Assembly: GCF_003918875.1 (NCBI RefSeq)
Contig: NW_025765346.1
Span: forward strand, 124,001-188,000
Origin: Haliotis rubra
Taxonomy: Eukaryota
DNA length: 64,000 nucleotides
Direction of reading: 5' to 3'
Shown here: piece after piece, positions 61,961 to 64,000 of the stretch
Numbering within the stretch: the first letter of the stretch is position 1
Layout: every line of letters starts with the position of its first letter
Notes under the pieces: generated by a model
What the model was told of the DNA's origin: nothing
Seen by the model: the letters and a program-made list of their open reading frames with translations, nothing else
Database searches by the model: none
Program-made: the position numbers and the translations under genes

Positions 61961-64000
61961 CTGCAACACATTAAAGGAATAATATGTTCAGTAGTCCTGG
62001 TAATGAAAGCAACAAGAACTCTATGCACAGGTTATACTATACCAAATGAGAATCCGTGATTTGTCTTCACTGCAGACTGAGTCCTATGGCAGCTGTGATT
62101 GGAGGATTTTTTGATTATTCAGAATGTTTGTAAGTGTACATCCATCTTGTATTTGAACTGACCCTATTTTGTAATATTAAGTGCTGTTTTTTTACATGAT
62201 GACTTAAGCTAAATATGACAACAGGTATTTTCAAGCGGTTTGTTTGTTAAGCAGGTTTGTTATAGCCTCCTTAACTCGGAAAAATAACCTGGCTGAGTTT
62301 GTCATATGTTATATTTTTATTGTTTCATTAAGGACGGACTATGAACAAAGGTGCATATAATAGCTGTTCATAGCTTAGTTAATTTGAAAAAATAAAATAA
62401 AACGTTACTATTGAAATCAAAGAGAAATATTTGGTTTTGTGTAACCTATATATCCCAGAAGTTTCATGCACCCTGACACCATGGTAAAATTCTATGAGAC
62501 CAACCAGTTGATGTTCTTCGCCTTTCCTTGTGTACGAAATATTTTACATTATAGACCTAAACATATTCGGTTTCATAAACATCCACCGCAGAAGAACGGT
62601 AATTCTTTAAAAAATCCTTTTTTGTCATCCAAACTCCACGTCATTGTCTTTATTCCACAGCAGATCAATGTTCGTACTGACTCCAAGTATTAACTGTGAA
62701 GAGTACAGGCAACCATTTGAAAACTACGTATACCTGCAAGCACTAGCAATGCGCAACGATGCTGCAGAAAATCACAAATGGTTTGAATGATTTTACATGA
62801 ATCATTCACGTCACTTTATCACACCTAGACTTGTAACCATTTTGGCGGACAATCGAGACATCGTTACAATTGCATCCACGTGACTGTTTCCTTAATGCAG
62901 ATGGTGAGGTACCCTACGGGTGAAAGTATTTGCCTGTGACGTCAAAGATCCTGGTTCGATTCCCCACATGTGTGAAGTTCAATTTTGGTGCCCCTCGCCG
63001 TAATATTGCTCGAATATTGCTATAAGCGGCGTAAAACACATACTCACTCACCTATTATTTGCAGTGAACTAGGCCAGTTAAAAGTATCTCGAATATGTCA
63101 GTCTTTGTGAAAATGAATCACTTAATAAGTGCCATTAATGTGTCATGAATTTATTTCGTGCATATATTCAATTTCTGCCTATATGTATGCACGTAATAAA
63201 ATATATATTTGTGTGCGTGTGTGTGATTGGTAGGTGGTTTCATTTACGCCACCATCGGTCAACCTGTTCTGTTGCGGATTGAATGTCACGTATGTGCGTG
63301 TGTGCGTGCGTGCGTGCGTGTGCGCCATCCCACTGATACCGTACCTGGTAGACAAATCAGTTCGTTTGTTGTTTTCAGTGCGGGGTAGATCAATACCAAG
63401 GTCGTTAGTCGTCAATGACGAACGGACACGGATTGGTCCTGACTGCGATAAATAAATATTTAATGTTTGTAAACCCATTATGGCTCAGAAATAATTGATG
63501 AGAGCACGCTCAAAGATGCCATCGATTCAGTGTGTTTTGGTGCCTGTCGTGTGTGTACACGATACAGTAAACAGGAATTTCTGTGAGTTATCGGTACAAA
63601 TTCTGAGCAGGCTTTTTGCTCGGCATCGTAGAGTCACGATAGGGCTACCGAAAGACGCCAGGTCTCACGTTACGACGTTGTTTTTTGTAATATACTGGAA
63701 GTCCCCATGATCCCTAGCATGGCGATCTACTGTTTTATATTGTTTTATCATATATGCTTCAAATGTTTTAGATTTAATTACTAGTTTAACATTTATATTC
63801 TCGTTGTTTTACTGCCCCTTCGCCGACAGTTTTTTATAATTTACCTTTAGTTATGAAATTATAGATTGTTTTTAGTCACGGTATGGCTGAAATATTACCG
63901 GTGTGCCTTATAATATTAATTCCTCCCTCACTCACTTTGGTTTTGTGACATATGTCTCCCTCTTTTGTTAATATTTGGCTTGACAGGATTTTATAGTTTT

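Overview
AT-rich, intron- and repeat-dense eukaryotic genomic DNA, most likely a mollusc. The SINE types suggest a gastropod such as abalone/Haliotis (inference). Manual splicing with GT-AG sites and matching phases gives a cluster of secreted or surface proteins of probable innate-immune function: (1) a 3-exon type II membrane TNF-superfamily ligand (+, 1050-5652); (2,3) two tandem serpin paralogues (+, 12828-16557 and 20230-24774); (4) a secreted PAN/apple-EB(EGF-like)-PAN protein (-, 39686-33255); (5) a signal-peptide, coiled-coil, F-type (fucolectin) lectin (-, 55436-44770). The serpins carry an unusual furin-site-led Arg/His/Gly-rich and Asp/Gly-rich N-terminal extension, show mosaic similarity suggestive of gene conversion, and have divergent predicted P1 residues (Glu vs Thr). 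The rest of the window holds a decayed L2-type LINE plus a 5S-like-headed SINE sharing its 3' tail; relics of piggyBac, Tc1 and I/Nimb-type elements; several MITEs; many copies of SINE-like families with a common 3' tail; and 28-, 40-, 44-, 70- and ~105-bp tandem arrays. Most entries in the ORF track are spurious.
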